Assembly: GCA_018268785.1 (NCBI GenBank)
Contig: JAFDVY010000004.1
Location: 24,735-88,734 of the forward strand
Length of the DNA stretch: 64,000 nt
Source of the DNA: Acidobacteriota bacterium
GTDB lineage: Bacteria; Acidobacteriota; Terriglobia; Acidiferrales; UBA7541
Direction: 5' to 3'
Shown here: in pieces, positions 7,718 through 16,953 of the stretch
Numbering within the stretch: position 1 is the stretch's first letter
How the letters are laid out: every line of letters starts with the position of its first letter
Translations under genes and position numbers: made by a program
Notes under the pieces: model-generated
The model's database searches: none
The model's input: only the letters and a program-made list of their open reading frames with translations
What the model was told of the DNA's origin: nothing

Positions 7718-9907
7718 TTACCTGTCGACTATACTGCGCGGGAGTCGGCGCTCCATGAACTGCGCCACATCCGCCAACTGCTGCGTCTTTCCATACCCTG
7801 GCAGCGACTCAATGAAAATTTTACCATACGCCATCCGCTGAATCCGCGTGTCCAGGAGCGCCAGAATCCCCCGGTCCGTCTTCGTCCGGATCAGCCGCCC
7901 AAACCCCTGTTTCAGGGCCAAAACCGCCTGCGGCACTTGATATTCCGAAAATGCATTTCGTCCGTCATCCTGCAGAGCCTTCACCCGCGCCGCCACAATC
8001 GGATCGCTCGGCACCGCAAACGGCAGTTTGTCCACGATCACGCAGGAGAGCTGCTCGCCCGGCACGTCCACCCCCTGCCAGAAGCTCGCCGTGGCAAACA
8101 ACACCGCTCCCTCTGTGTTCTTGAACCGCTCCAGCAGCACCGAGCGAGGCGCCGTCCCTTGCAGCATCAGCGGAAAATCAACACGCGTCTTGATCCGCTC
8201 GTACAAATCGTTCATCTGCGCATAGCTCGTGAATAGGCAAAACGCCCGCCCCTGGCTCAGCTCCAGCAACTCCGTGATTTCGTCCGCTGCCTTGCCCGCA
8301 AACCCCGCGTCGCGCACGTCCGGCATCTTCTTCGGCAGATAGAGCAGCGCCTGTTCGCCGTAATCGAACTCCGGCGGGAGTGATTTTTCCTTTGCGTGGT
8401 CCAGCCCCAGCCGTTGCCGGATATAGTCGAAGCGATTGCCCACGGTCAGCGTGGCCGAAGTCAAAATCACCGTGTCAAATTGCTCAAACAATTTCTCGCG
8501 CAGCAGTTGGCTCACATCGATCGGCGTCGCCGCCAGAAACACGCCTTTGTTTCGCCGCTCGAACCAGTAAACGAAATTCCCTTCATTCGATTCGAACAGG
8601 AAGGTCATCTCCTGCCGCAATTCAAAACTTCGCCGCGAAAGCCGCAGCAACTCTTCCGGCTTTTGCGCCGCGGCGGCAAATTCCGTCTCCAAGCCCTTCA
8701 GCGCCTGCGCCAGTTCGTCGTACGCTTCGCGGTTCTGCTCCAGAAACGCCGCTCGCTCCGCTCGCGAAAACGGAAATCGCCCGTCTTTCGACGGAAATGC
8801 CTCAAAAAATGCTCGGCTCCGTTCGCGAATTCGCTGCGTTCTCCGCAAAAGCGATGGCGTTCCCAAATGCAACAACCGCAGCGCTATGTCCGCGTCTCGC
8901 GCCAGTTCTTCAAACCGGAAATTCGAAATCTGCCGTCCAAAATAATCGCTCGCCACATCTTCTATCTCGTGCGCCTCATCGAAAACGACCGCCGAATACT
9001 CCGGCAAAATGCTTCCAAAATCGTCCTGCTTCAGCGCCAGGTCCGCAAAAAACAAGTGATGATTCACGATGATCAAATCCGCTTCCGCCGCGCGCTGGTG
9101 CATTTGCGTCACAAAACATTCATTGAAGTTCGCGCATTTCTGTCCGGTGCAAGTCTCCCGCCTCGCATCCAGCCGCGGCCACAGCTCCGAATCGTCCGTC
9201 AGAAACGTCAGTTCCGAGCGGTCGCCTGTTTCCGTCAATTTGCTCCACTCGCGAATCTGCCGGAACGCGTCCATCTCTTCCATTCCGCGCAGCATCGGCT
9301 GGTCCGCCATCTGGTGCAATTTCGCTTTGCACAGAAAATTCGAGCGGCCTTTCATCACCGCCACTTTCAGATTCGGCGCAAAGTATTTCTGCAGAAACGG
9401 CACGTCCTTTTGAAAAAGCTGTTCTTGCAGCGATTTGGTCGCCGTCGAAATCACCACGCGACGGCCGCTGCAAATCGCCGGCAGCAAGTACGCCAAAGTC
9501 TTCCCTGTCCCCGTTCCCGCTTCCACAATCGCGTGCCGGTGCGATTGAAACGCGTCATGCACCAGTTCCGCCATTTCCAGTTGCGCCGCGCGATGCTCAT
9601 AGCCCGCCGTCATGCACCGCTCCAGCAAACCGCCCGGCCCAAAAACCTCCTCCATCGTCGGCGCCTGCGTCACTTCTTGCGCGGTTTGTTTCTGCACGCC
9701 GCGCTGAATCTCGACCTCGCCGTCCTCAAATCGTTCCAATTCCCGCGCATTTTCATCTTCATGCACAGTCTCATCTTCCAGCGGCGCGTACACCCGTTGC
9801 GACACAATCGCGGCATCCGCTCCCGCCGCCATCCCCTTCTTCTTCAATTCCTTATCGGTCTTCTTCGTCCCTTTGGCCAAAGTCCCCAAATCCTTTTTCA
9901 CTCGCAA
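7718..9907 (-). CDS. dinG: ATP-dependent DNA helicase, DinG/XPD (Rad3-related) family
   Basis: Walker A EAGTGTGKTLAYLLPA, DEAH box VFDEAHEIED, and a four-Cys FeS region (FLCKAK...ETCTGQKCANFNEC). The start is uncertain: TTG 9907 or ATG 9832. Confidence 0.85.
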   Translation of the reverse strand: MRVKKDLGTLAKGTKKTDKELKKKGMAAGADAAIVSQRVYAPLEDETVHEDENARELERFEDGEVEIQRGVQKQTAQEVTQAPTMEEVFGPGGLLERCMTAGYEHRAAQLEMAELVHDAFQSHRHAIVEAGTGTGKTLAYLLPAICSGRRVVISTATKSLQEQLFQKDVPFLQKYFAPNLKVAVMKGRSNFLCKAKLHQMADQPMLRGMEEMDAFRQIREWSKLTETGDRSELTFLTDDSELWPRLDARRETCTGQKCANFNECFVTQMHQRAAEADLIIVNHHLFFADLALKQDDFGSILPEYSAVVFDEAHEIEDVASDYFGRQISNFRFEELARDADIALRLLHLGTPSLLRRTQRIRERSRAFFEAFPSKDGRFPFSRAERAAFLEQNREAYDELAQALKGLETEFAAAAQKPEELLRLSRRSFELRQEMTFLFESNEGNFVYWFERRNKGVFLAATPIDVSQLLREKLFEQFDTVILTSATLTVGNRFDYIRQRLGLDHAKEKSLPPEFDYGEQALLYLPKKMPDVRDAGFAGKAADEITELLELSQGRAFCLFTSYAQMNDLYERIKTRVDFPLMLQGTAPRSVLLERFKNTEGAVLFATASFWQGVDVPGEQLSCVIVDKLPFAVPSDPIVAARVKALQDDGRNAFSEYQVPQAVLALKQGFGRLIRTKTDRGILALLDTRIQRMAYGKIFIESLPGYGKTQQLADVAQFMERRLPRSIVDR

Positions 9908-10114
9908 TCAAATCCGCCGCCTTCGTCAACTTATCACAGCCTTCGCAACTTTCCCCAATCGCTCCGCATCGTTAACACTTGAACAACTTCCCGCTCTTTA
10001 CCTGGCCCGCCAATTCTCCACGGGTTAGAGTTTTCTGGTAGCAAAACTAACGGAGTTGCTGCAAGCGGCGTGTGCGCTGCATTCTTCTCCTGTCCCAATC
10101 TCGTGGGGTGTTCA

Positions 10115-11569
10115 ATGAAGCGAATCCTTCTCTCGTTCCTTTTCGTCGCCGCAATGTTTTCTCTCGGCTCGTGCAGCGGCCTCCCGCAAGGCACCGGTGG
10201 CGGAGGTGGCGGCAACGCAAATCTCTCTCTGACGCTGAGCGACGCGCCGCCCGCCGGCGCCACCTTCTTGAGCTTCAACACTCCAATCACGGCGATCACG
10301 CTCACGCCTTCCACCGGAACGGACGTCAGCGTTTTCTCGCCGCCAACTCCAGCTTCCTTTGACCTGATCCGGCTTCAGAGTGATTCGGCGTCTATCGGGA
10401 AATTCCAGGTAGCTGCGGGGACTTACACCAAAATAAACGTATTCGTGGGCTCGCCCTCAACCATTTTTGTCAACAACTCCAGTGCCACCATTGGAAGTTG
10501 CGCCGTAAACACTGTTTGCAGCCTGAACAGCGGCGCTCCAGGCGCAATTTCGTTTACATTCACCACTCCTTTGGTGCTCACCTCCGGTTCCAACGTTGGG
10601 CTCGGCATCGAATTCAATCTCAACAACATCGTCACCACAACTGGCGGCATCGGCATTGATTTCACGCAAGCGAACGCTCTATCCGCCGTCACTCTTCCGC
10701 GCCCCGGTCAGGCTACAGGCACACTCGACAGCATCGAAGATTTCACCGGACAAATCACCGCCTCGACTGTCACCAACGGAAACGGCAATATCACAATCAC
10801 TTCCGCCACACGCGGCACTCTCACCGGCGCCGTTTCCTCCACCACCAACTACAACGGCCTTTCGGTCGGCACCACGTCGGCCTGTAGCGGAAACGCGAAC
10901 GCGCAATGCCTCGGCACCGGAAAGACGGTCAGCGTGGACGCGACCGTCTCCACAACTGGCGTCGTCAACATCAGCGAAGTCGATTTTCTCGACACGCCAG
11001 CCGCCGATGAAATCGAGGGCATCATCTATCCCACGACGACTGCCAACACCTTCGGCATGGTTGTCACCGATGTCGTCAATGCCACTGGCAACGCGACGCT
11101 CAATCCGGTTGGTTCGGGCACCCAGCTTACCTTTACGCTCGACAATAACGCAGCCTTCGGCGTGGACGGGCGCAATTTGCTCGTTTCTTCAACGAACAGC
11201 AGCTTCGCTTCCCAGAACGATTTGTTCCCGGGCCAGCAAGTCATGATTCACGTTAAGACTGCTTCGGTCACCACTTTGCTTAACGTGGTAACGGATCGCC
11301 TCGTCCTCCGCTTCTCTCGTCTCACCGGAACGGTAAACACCGTCAGCGGTAACGCGTTCACGGTTCAAAATACTTCGGCATTTCTGGGCACGTTCAACGT
11401 GCCTCCAGGCGTTCTGACATTTCCTGGCGTCACGAACTTTGACAACTTTTCCGCGCTGAGCGATTTGGCAACTGGCAATCCGACCGTTTCGTTCCGCGCT
11501 CTTTACCTGAATCCAAACTCAGCGGCGAACGGACAGCCTTTTATGGCCGCTAAAGTACGCAAACACTAG
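10115..11569 (+). CDS. Lipoprotein, DUF4382-like
   Basis: ORF 10070..11569 trimmed to ATG 10115. Lipobox in MKRILLSFLFVAAMFSLGSC, a Gly-rich linker, then a Thr/Ser-rich beta-type sequence. The DUF4382 assignment is from memory. Confidence 0.6.
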   Translation: MKRILLSFLFVAAMFSLGSCSGLPQGTGGGGGGNANLSLTLSDAPPAGATFLSFNTPITAITLTPSTGTDVSVFSPPTPASFDLIRLQSDSASIGKFQVAAGTYTKINVFVGSPSTIFVNNSSATIGSCAVNTVCSLNSGAPGAISFTFTTPLVLTSGSNVGLGIEFNLNNIVTTTGGIGIDFTQANALSAVTLPRPGQATGTLDSIEDFTGQITASTVTNGNGNITITSATRGTLTGAVSSTTNYNGLSVGTTSACSGNANAQCLGTGKTVSVDATVSTTGVVNISEVDFLDTPAADEIEGIIYPTTTANTFGMVVTDVVNATGNATLNPVGSGTQLTFTLDNNAAFGVDGRNLLVSSTNSSFASQNDLFPGQQVMIHVKTASVTTLLNVVTDRLVLRFSRLTGTVNTVSGNAFTVQNTSAFLGTFNVPPGVLTFPGVTNFDNFSALSDLATGNPTVSFRALYLNPNSAANGQPFMAAKVRKH

Positions 11570-11600
11570 TTTCAAGAGTTTTTCCGCCTCCGCAAAGGCT

Positions 11601-11634
11601 CGGGCTCCCCGATTTTGGGGAGCCCGATTTTTTG
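11601..11634 (+). terminator. Rho-independent terminator
   Basis: CGGGCTCCCC-gatttt-GGGGAGCCCG followed by ATTTTTTG, 32 nt after the stop at 11569. Confidence 0.7.
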
Positions 11635-11659
11635 CGAAAAAATATTTTGGTGAAACTTC

Positions 11660-13321
11660 TTAGGCGACCATCGGCGGCGCCACGATCGCGCCGGAGGAGC
11701 GCTGCAATCTTTTGTAGATCGTCAGAGAGATTGCGCCAATGCCCCAGATCATCAACGCCATTTTGAAGAAAAATTCAATCCAGTGGTTCGTCTGATGAAC
11801 GATGATGACGGCGACGCCAAGAATGGCCATACCCAGAGCCATGCGTCCGACGCGGCCCCAGGTATCTTCCGTCGGCCCCAGAATCCAGCGGCCAAGAAGA
11901 CTGCCGAAAACGATTTGCGCGCTAAAGAGCAGCACCAGCCAAAGAACGAGCGTAAGAATCCCCAGCGGCAACCCAACGAACGTAAAGCACGCGAGCCCCG
12001 CCGCGATGGGCGTGCTAAGCAAAATGAGCAAGCCGATGCCGAGAGACGGCCCCGCATTTTCCGCGGAACTGACACAATCTCCGGCAAATCTGGGCATGAG
12101 CAGAGTCAGAACCATGCCGTACAGAATGAAAGAGCACGTCCACAGCAGGCGGAAAAACAGATAGCCTTTCCCGCCTTCCCTGTGATTGGGCATGTGCTTT
12201 GTGAAACTCACTGGCCCTGCGGTGAGCACCGCTCCTTCCTCGACTCGCGGTTCTTTTTCACCTTCAAATTTCACCGGACCGGTAATGCGGGCCTTGCTCT
12301 TGATGGTCAGCAATTCGCCTCTGGCATTCAGGCCGCCATCAATCGTTCCTGCAATCCGCGTGGACTGATTGAAAGAAACAACGTCTCCGCCCACTTGTCC
12401 GTCTACGCCGAGCGACTGGCAAAAACTCGTAAGGCTGCGGCCAACCTTGCCTTTGGAGTCCACGTTTACAACCTGGGCCCAGGCCATCAAATTGCGGCCG
12501 ACGTTGCCTGCCACGGTGACGGTATTCACGAAGCCGCGCACATTGCCGTCCACGGTTCCATTCACGCGAGTGGTCTGCGATCCGGAGATCAAATCGCCGG
12601 TGATATGGCCGTTCACTTCGACATCCTGGCCGAACGCGTAGACGTCGCCATCCACGTTGCCATCAACCACGATGCGATTGCCGGTGAGCAGAATGTCGCC
12701 TTTGATCGATTCGTCTTTGGAGACTTCGACCGTCTCTCCCTTGCGCGATTCAAAAGCCGCCGCATTGACGGGTATCATCAGCGCGCCACACATGCCAGTG
12801 ACGAGAAGAGCCGCAAGCGTGCCGCGCCGGAACCATCGCCGGAAGAGCAGCGCCGCGCTGACTCCCACCACCAGGAATGCAAGAATTTCGACGAGGGAAA
12901 GCATCGATTGCCATCCTTTCCAGAAGGCGCCTTGGAAAACCAAAAGGCCGAGCAGGTTGGTTCCACCGAAGCCCGCGTCTTGCAGACGGTTCTGCACGGG
13001 CTCCACGTAACTTGTATAGATTGCGTAAACACCGGTGGCTGCGAGGCCGAACGTGACCATCCAGATCCACTGCATGGACCGCTTTGCTTTTTGCTGAAAA
13101 CTGGCGAGACGCGCGGGCAGGGACTCTTCTTCCTCGAGCATCGCGCGAGTGAGCAAACGCGACTCGCGATCAAGCGCCCGAAACAGCGTCGTGCAGTCGC
13201 CACATTCCTGCATGTGCGAAGACACTTCGGCTGCGCGCTCGCGGTCGAGTTGCCGCTCGAGAAAGAGGAGCAGCGTCATTTCGTCAAGATGGTTTTGCGC
13301 GGTTCCCTGCGATGGGGTCAT
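11660..13321 (-). CDS. Anti-sigma factor (zf-HC2) fused to a bactofilin-like repeat domain and a multi-pass membrane region
   Basis: N-terminal HMQECGDCTTLF matches the Hx3Cx2C motif. Central repeats VVDGNVDGDVYAFGQDVEVNGHITGDLISGSQTTRVNGTVDGNVRG... are of the polymer-forming cytoskeletal type. Several TM helices flank the repeats. 4-nt overlap with the sigma gene. Confidence 0.75.
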   Translation of the reverse strand: MTPSQGTAQNHLDEMTLLLFLERQLDRERAAEVSSHMQECGDCTTLFRALDRESRLLTRAMLEEEESLPARLASFQQKAKRSMQWIWMVTFGLAATGVYAIYTSYVEPVQNRLQDAGFGGTNLLGLLVFQGAFWKGWQSMLSLVEILAFLVVGVSAALLFRRWFRRGTLAALLVTGMCGALMIPVNAAAFESRKGETVEVSKDESIKGDILLTGNRIVVDGNVDGDVYAFGQDVEVNGHITGDLISGSQTTRVNGTVDGNVRGFVNTVTVAGNVGRNLMAWAQVVNVDSKGKVGRSLTSFCQSLGVDGQVGGDVVSFNQSTRIAGTIDGGLNARGELLTIKSKARITGPVKFEGEKEPRVEEGAVLTAGPVSFTKHMPNHREGGKGYLFFRLLWTCSFILYGMVLTLLMPRFAGDCVSSAENAGPSLGIGLLILLSTPIAAGLACFTFVGLPLGILTLVLWLVLLFSAQIVFGSLLGRWILGPTEDTWGRVGRMALGMAILGVAVIIVHQTNHWIEFFFKMALMIWGIGAISLTIYKRLQRSSGAIVAPPMVA

Positions 13322-13926
13322 CCGGCACCTCCCACGGCCAGCGCGCCTGAACCTTCCAGCGCCTGCCGCAGCTCATGCCGGGCGCGGAGGAGCACAACGC
13401 CGACAAAGGCGCGGCGCACTCCGAGCGAATCGGCAATTTCGTCATAACTCATATCAGAGTAGTAGCGCAGGACCAAGGCCATGCGGGCGCGAGCCGGCAA
13501 TTTATCGAGGGCCTTGCGAACTTCTTCGCTGGTTCGCTTTTCGATTAATTGTTCCAACTGATTTGCGTCCGGGTGTTCGAGGGGAAGCGTGTCCAGATCT
13601 TCGGTTTCCTTGTCCTGGCGGATTTTTCTCCGTCGCAGCAAATCCCAGCAATGGTTGGCCGCGACTTTATAAAGCCACGAGGAGAAGGGCCGCGACGAAT
13701 CGTATTGATTCAGTTTGTCACGAACTTTCATAAAAACTTCCATGGTGGCGTCTTCCGCGTCTTCGCGGGTGGGAAGCGCCCTCCGGCAGAAACGGAAAAT
13801 AGCCGGAGCGAAAACGCGATAAAGCTCGCCCCAAGCCTCTGGATCCCCAGTCTTGGCTCGAGTTATCGCCTCGGTCGATTCCGCTGCTCCGGGTGAGCTC
13901 ATCCGCCCTGGTTTCGGTGCTTCCAT
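13318..13926 (-). CDS. RNA polymerase sigma-70 factor, ECF subfamily
   Basis: Region 2 (DAEDATMEVFMKVRDKLNQYD...FSSWLYKVAANHCWDLLRRR) and region 4 (RMALVLRYYSDMSYDEIADSLGVRRAFVGVVLLRARHELR). The start could be ATG 13902. Confidence 0.9.
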   Translation of the reverse strand: MEAPKPGRMSSPGAAESTEAITRAKTGDPEAWGELYRVFAPAIFRFCRRALPTREDAEDATMEVFMKVRDKLNQYDSSRPFSSWLYKVAANHCWDLLRRRKIRQDKETEDLDTLPLEHPDANQLEQLIEKRTSEEVRKALDKLPARARMALVLRYYSDMSYDEIADSLGVRRAFVGVVLLRARHELRQALEGSGALAVGGAG

Positions 13927-14043
13927 ATCCTAGTACGCAGCCATCCCCGCAAAAATTACGCAGTTGGGGGGTGGTAGGTGCCCCACTGTATCACCAGAAG
14001 GCCCCGGTAAGGCCATGGCGGGCGCATCAGAAGGGCAGCGGGA

Positions 14044-14163
14044 GCTGGTTAACCATAACCGTGTTCCCCTCCCCCATTTTTTGTAAGTGTTGATTCTAAA
14101 GAGGGATAAAGTCCTTTGTTTTCTATCAAATCTGTATGTGTTGATTCTAAAGGGGGTTAGGCG
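14044..14163. repeat. ~120-bp dispersed repeat, copy A (partner 46881..47000, inverted)
   Basis: Hand alignment to the reverse complement of 46881..47000 gives about 100 of 120 identical positions. Weaker similarity extends left to about 14017. A 19-nt direct repeat GTAWGTGTTGATTCTAAAG occurs twice, 51 nt apart (14083 and 14134). Confidence 0.8.
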
Positions 14164-14340
14164 GCTTGTTTTTTGGGCCGAGATACTGGGGAATGCCGCT
14201 AGGCTAACCAGGGGGGAGGCACTAACCACACGGTATAGTAGCACAATTATAAACACGAAGCAAGCGGAAAATCGGTACTAGACCAACTTCCGAGGCCGAC
14301 GACGATCTTGTTCAGGCGGCGTGTGGGTTTCTGGGCTCGT

Positions 14341-14766
14341 TCACGCAAAACCCGCCGCCATTGCCTCTCGTTTTGCCGGCAGAAGCGCCAATAGGACGCT
14401 TCCGATCACGATGAAAAGGACCACATCGGCGAAGTTTCTGTGGACGCCGTGAATCCAGGCTTCCGCGGTTTGAATCGCCATCACTGCGCCATGAAAGATG
14501 TGCCACCAAGCGGCTAGGGCAATCATCGAGCGATGCTCGGATGGATTCCTTGCGGCCAGGAGTAGAAAGACCCCGACCGGGATAAAGAAGCTCAGAAACA
14601 TCGGATGGACCTCGCTCTTCCCCTGCAACAGCCAGAAGGAATGCCGCAGATCCAAATATAGAAAATAAATTTGGGCCAGATTAAGCAGTCCCACGATCAC
14701 GAGGACGATTTGTGTCAGCCGTTCTCTTTTCACATTGACCTCCTTCGAGCGAGCCTCGCTTTCCAC
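14341..14766 (-). CDS. Hypothetical integral membrane protein
   Basis: 141 aa with four predicted hydrophobic helices (IVLVIVGLLNLAQIYFLYL, FLSFFIPVGVFLLLAA, etc.). I see no recognisable catalytic motif. Confidence 0.6.
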   Translation of the reverse strand: MESEARSKEVNVKRERLTQIVLVIVGLLNLAQIYFLYLDLRHSFWLLQGKSEVHPMFLSFFIPVGVFLLLAARNPSEHRSMIALAAWWHIFHGAVMAIQTAEAWIHGVHRNFADVVLFIVIGSVLLALLPAKREAMAAGFA

Positions 14767-14979
14767 ACCAACGCTCGCCGCCCGGGCTTAATGAACAGGG
14801 GGGCCTATCCTATCCGTCCTACGAGTGGACCCTGGGAAAAGACTCATCCCTTGGACATCGAATCTATTGCAATCCAGATGTCTGGGAAAGACTCCGACCC
14901 GGATATTTCCATCCCGAGGCAAGCCATGCGGAGAACGGCAAGTTGCGGCTGCGGGCGGACGTGGAGATGGGTTACTGGG

Positions 14980-16035
14980 TCATTTGCCAAAGACGAGGAC
15001 GTGGAAAGTGCCTGGCTTGGGGGTTGGGTTGGGGTGCGGATGTTCGGTAGTGGGGGCGGGCGCCGGGCCGAAGTCCACGGTGGAGAGGAAGATGTTGTGG
15101 GTCTTGGTGTCGAGGCCCATGGTCTTGGCGCCGAATTCGGTTTTGATGGTTTCGGCTTCGCTGAATTTGCCGGGAGAGTCTTCATGGAAGACATGGACCA
15201 TGCCTTCGCGGGTGGAAACGAAGATAAGACCGGTTTCAGGCTCGAAGGCAGCGGCGTCAACGCCAGCGGATATTGGAAAGGATGCCAGGACTTTACCGGT
15301 GTCGGAATCGAGCACGACGAGTTTTTGCGGATTGCGGCCTGCGCTGAAAAGGCGATGGTTCTTGACGTCCATGGCGAGCGCGGTAGGGGTACCGGCAGGA
15401 GCGAGGGGCCAGCGGGATTTGATTTTCAGCGTGTTGGAATCGATGGCGACGAGTTCGGCCTTGTCTTCAATGTTGACGTAAACGGTTCCTTTGCCATCGG
15501 CTACGGCGAACTCTGGGCCACCGCCAAGATCGATGGTTCCGACAACGCTACCGCTCTTTGCGTCGATCACCGTGGAGCTGTGGGGATCGCCATTCATGAC
15601 GAAAATGCGTTTGGAAGCGGGATCGTAGAGGATGCTGTCGGCGTCTTCATCGGCTTTGGCTTCACCGGTGACTTTAAGGGTTTGCAGGTCGAAGATGATG
15701 ACTTTGCCCTGGCCGCCGTCCGTGATGAAGCCGCGGCCGAATTCGGCGGCAACCGCCACGCCGTGATCCTGCTTGAGACCCGTAATGTTGCCGATGGTCT
15801 TCCCAGAGTCGGCATCCATCACGATGATTTCCGTGCCATGAGAGACGTAGACGCGGCGCGCGGCGGAATCGACTGCAACGTAGTCGAAGTACTCTCGCGT
15901 GCTGCCCGGAGCTGCGGGGAAAGGATATTTCTTGAGCAGATGGTAGCCGGGAGCTGCTGCCATCATAAGAGAGAGGCTGCCGAGCAGGACGACGAGCGCG
16001 CCTACGGCGAGATGGGTAAAGCGATGAATCTTCAT
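14980..16035 (-). CDS. Secreted beta-propeller repeat protein (YncE-like)
   Basis: Signal peptide, then repeated ...D...RVYV/...RIFV/...TVYV blades. Pro/Thr/His-rich C-terminal tail. Confidence 0.7.
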   Translation of the reverse strand: MKIHRFTHLAVGALVVLLGSLSLMMAAAPGYHLLKKYPFPAAPGSTREYFDYVAVDSAARRVYVSHGTEIIVMDADSGKTIGNITGLKQDHGVAVAAEFGRGFITDGGQGKVIIFDLQTLKVTGEAKADEDADSILYDPASKRIFVMNGDPHSSTVIDAKSGSVVGTIDLGGGPEFAVADGKGTVYVNIEDKAELVAIDSNTLKIKSRWPLAPAGTPTALAMDVKNHRLFSAGRNPQKLVVLDSDTGKVLASFPISAGVDAAAFEPETGLIFVSTREGMVHVFHEDSPGKFSEAETIKTEFGAKTMGLDTKTHNIFLSTVDFGPAPAPTTEHPHPNPTPKPGTFHVLVFGK

Positions 16036-16162
16036 GCTATTCCTCCGGTGCGATTCATTGGTGCGGGGAAAAAGCTATCGTATCGAAAGTAAACTGAAGA
16101 TAAATTGGTGCGGGTGGAATTGCGGCTTGATGCGTGGCCCCATGAACTGAGATTAGGGTGCA

Positions 16163-16816
16163 ATGAAAACATCAAAAACGCGGTCGGCTGCCGTTTCAGC
16201 GCTTAAGCTGAGTCTTCGGGTAATACTAACAGCAGTGCTTGTGATTCCTTTCGTTTCGCTGGTCAATCGCGCGTTCGGCCGCGCGTGGGCGGTGAATTGG
16301 CGGGAATTGCTTTTGATATGGGGGATTTTGGCAGCATGCATCTTTCTCTTCGTTTTCGTCACTGGGTTGCTCGAGTTCTCGGCGGCATTGCGGCACAGAC
16401 GAAACAAGGATTTGATTTTCCCCGGCGTCATGTGGATTCGCGGCGTTTGTCTTATGGGAATCGCACTGGGTCTCATTTTGATGGTGGCAATGTATCGAGA
16501 AGGGGATGGGTGGTGGCTAGTAGCTCTTGTATCAGGATTTGTATTCCTTGGAGTGTTCGCCTGGCCGAGGGCGATTCGGATTACCGATTCGGCGCTCTGC
16601 CAACGGAGCAACCTGTTTTTGATGAAGCGAATTGTGCGAGGGGAGATTGAAGATGTGGTTTATGACCCTTCGTCGCAAGAGATCGTTGTGAACGGAAAAG
16701 ATGGAGCGAGAATTGTTCATACGGAGTCGCATAGCGATGGAGCGCGCTTCATGAGCGCGATGAAAACATTCAGCCGGAAGGAAACAGTAGTGCTTGGGGC
16801 CAAGATGCAGCACTGA
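16163..16816 (+). CDS. Hypothetical membrane protein
   Basis: Four hydrophobic helices followed by a soluble domain of about 70 aa. No family recognised. Confidence 0.55.
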   Translation: MKTSKTRSAAVSALKLSLRVILTAVLVIPFVSLVNRAFGRAWAVNWRELLLIWGILAACIFLFVFVTGLLEFSAALRHRRNKDLIFPGVMWIRGVCLMGIALGLILMVAMYREGDGWWLVALVSGFVFLGVFAWPRAIRITDSALCQRSNLFLMKRIVRGEIEDVVYDPSSQEIVVNGKDGARIVHTESHSDGARFMSAMKTFSRKETVVLGAKMQH

Positions 16817-16953
16817 GGAAAGCGTCACCAAGCGCGGCTCGGATTTGATATAGACCAATGCGATTCCAGCTTCGACATGGGCATGGAGCCCAAGCTACAC
16901 TTGAATGTTCGCATACAGCCGCTGAGCGGAACTGTGCGCTTGCGGACGAGCCT

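Noticed and set aside
5361-9907. queC-queE-queD next to a DinG-type helicase, considered as a Dpd-like 7-deazaguanine DNA-modification/restriction system.
   Set aside because: Dpd systems require a TGT paralogue (DpdA) and several further dpd genes, and none is present. A hairpin (7697..7714) separates dinG from queD. The simplest reading is housekeeping queuosine precursor synthesis beside an unrelated repair helicase.
8396-9982. A 528-aa plus-strand ORF.
   Set aside because: It is antisense to the DinG helicase gene, which has clear Walker A, DEAH and FeS motifs. The product is Arg/Pro/His-rich junk.
11783-13447. A 554-aa plus-strand ORF.
   Set aside because: It is antisense to the anti-sigma and ECF sigma genes and has no motifs. 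The same explanation applies to 14671..16092 (antisense to the beta-propeller gene), 2334..3200 and 3197..4177 (antisense to the ABC genes), 4461..5498, 17014..17820, 29485..30366 and 57132..57935.
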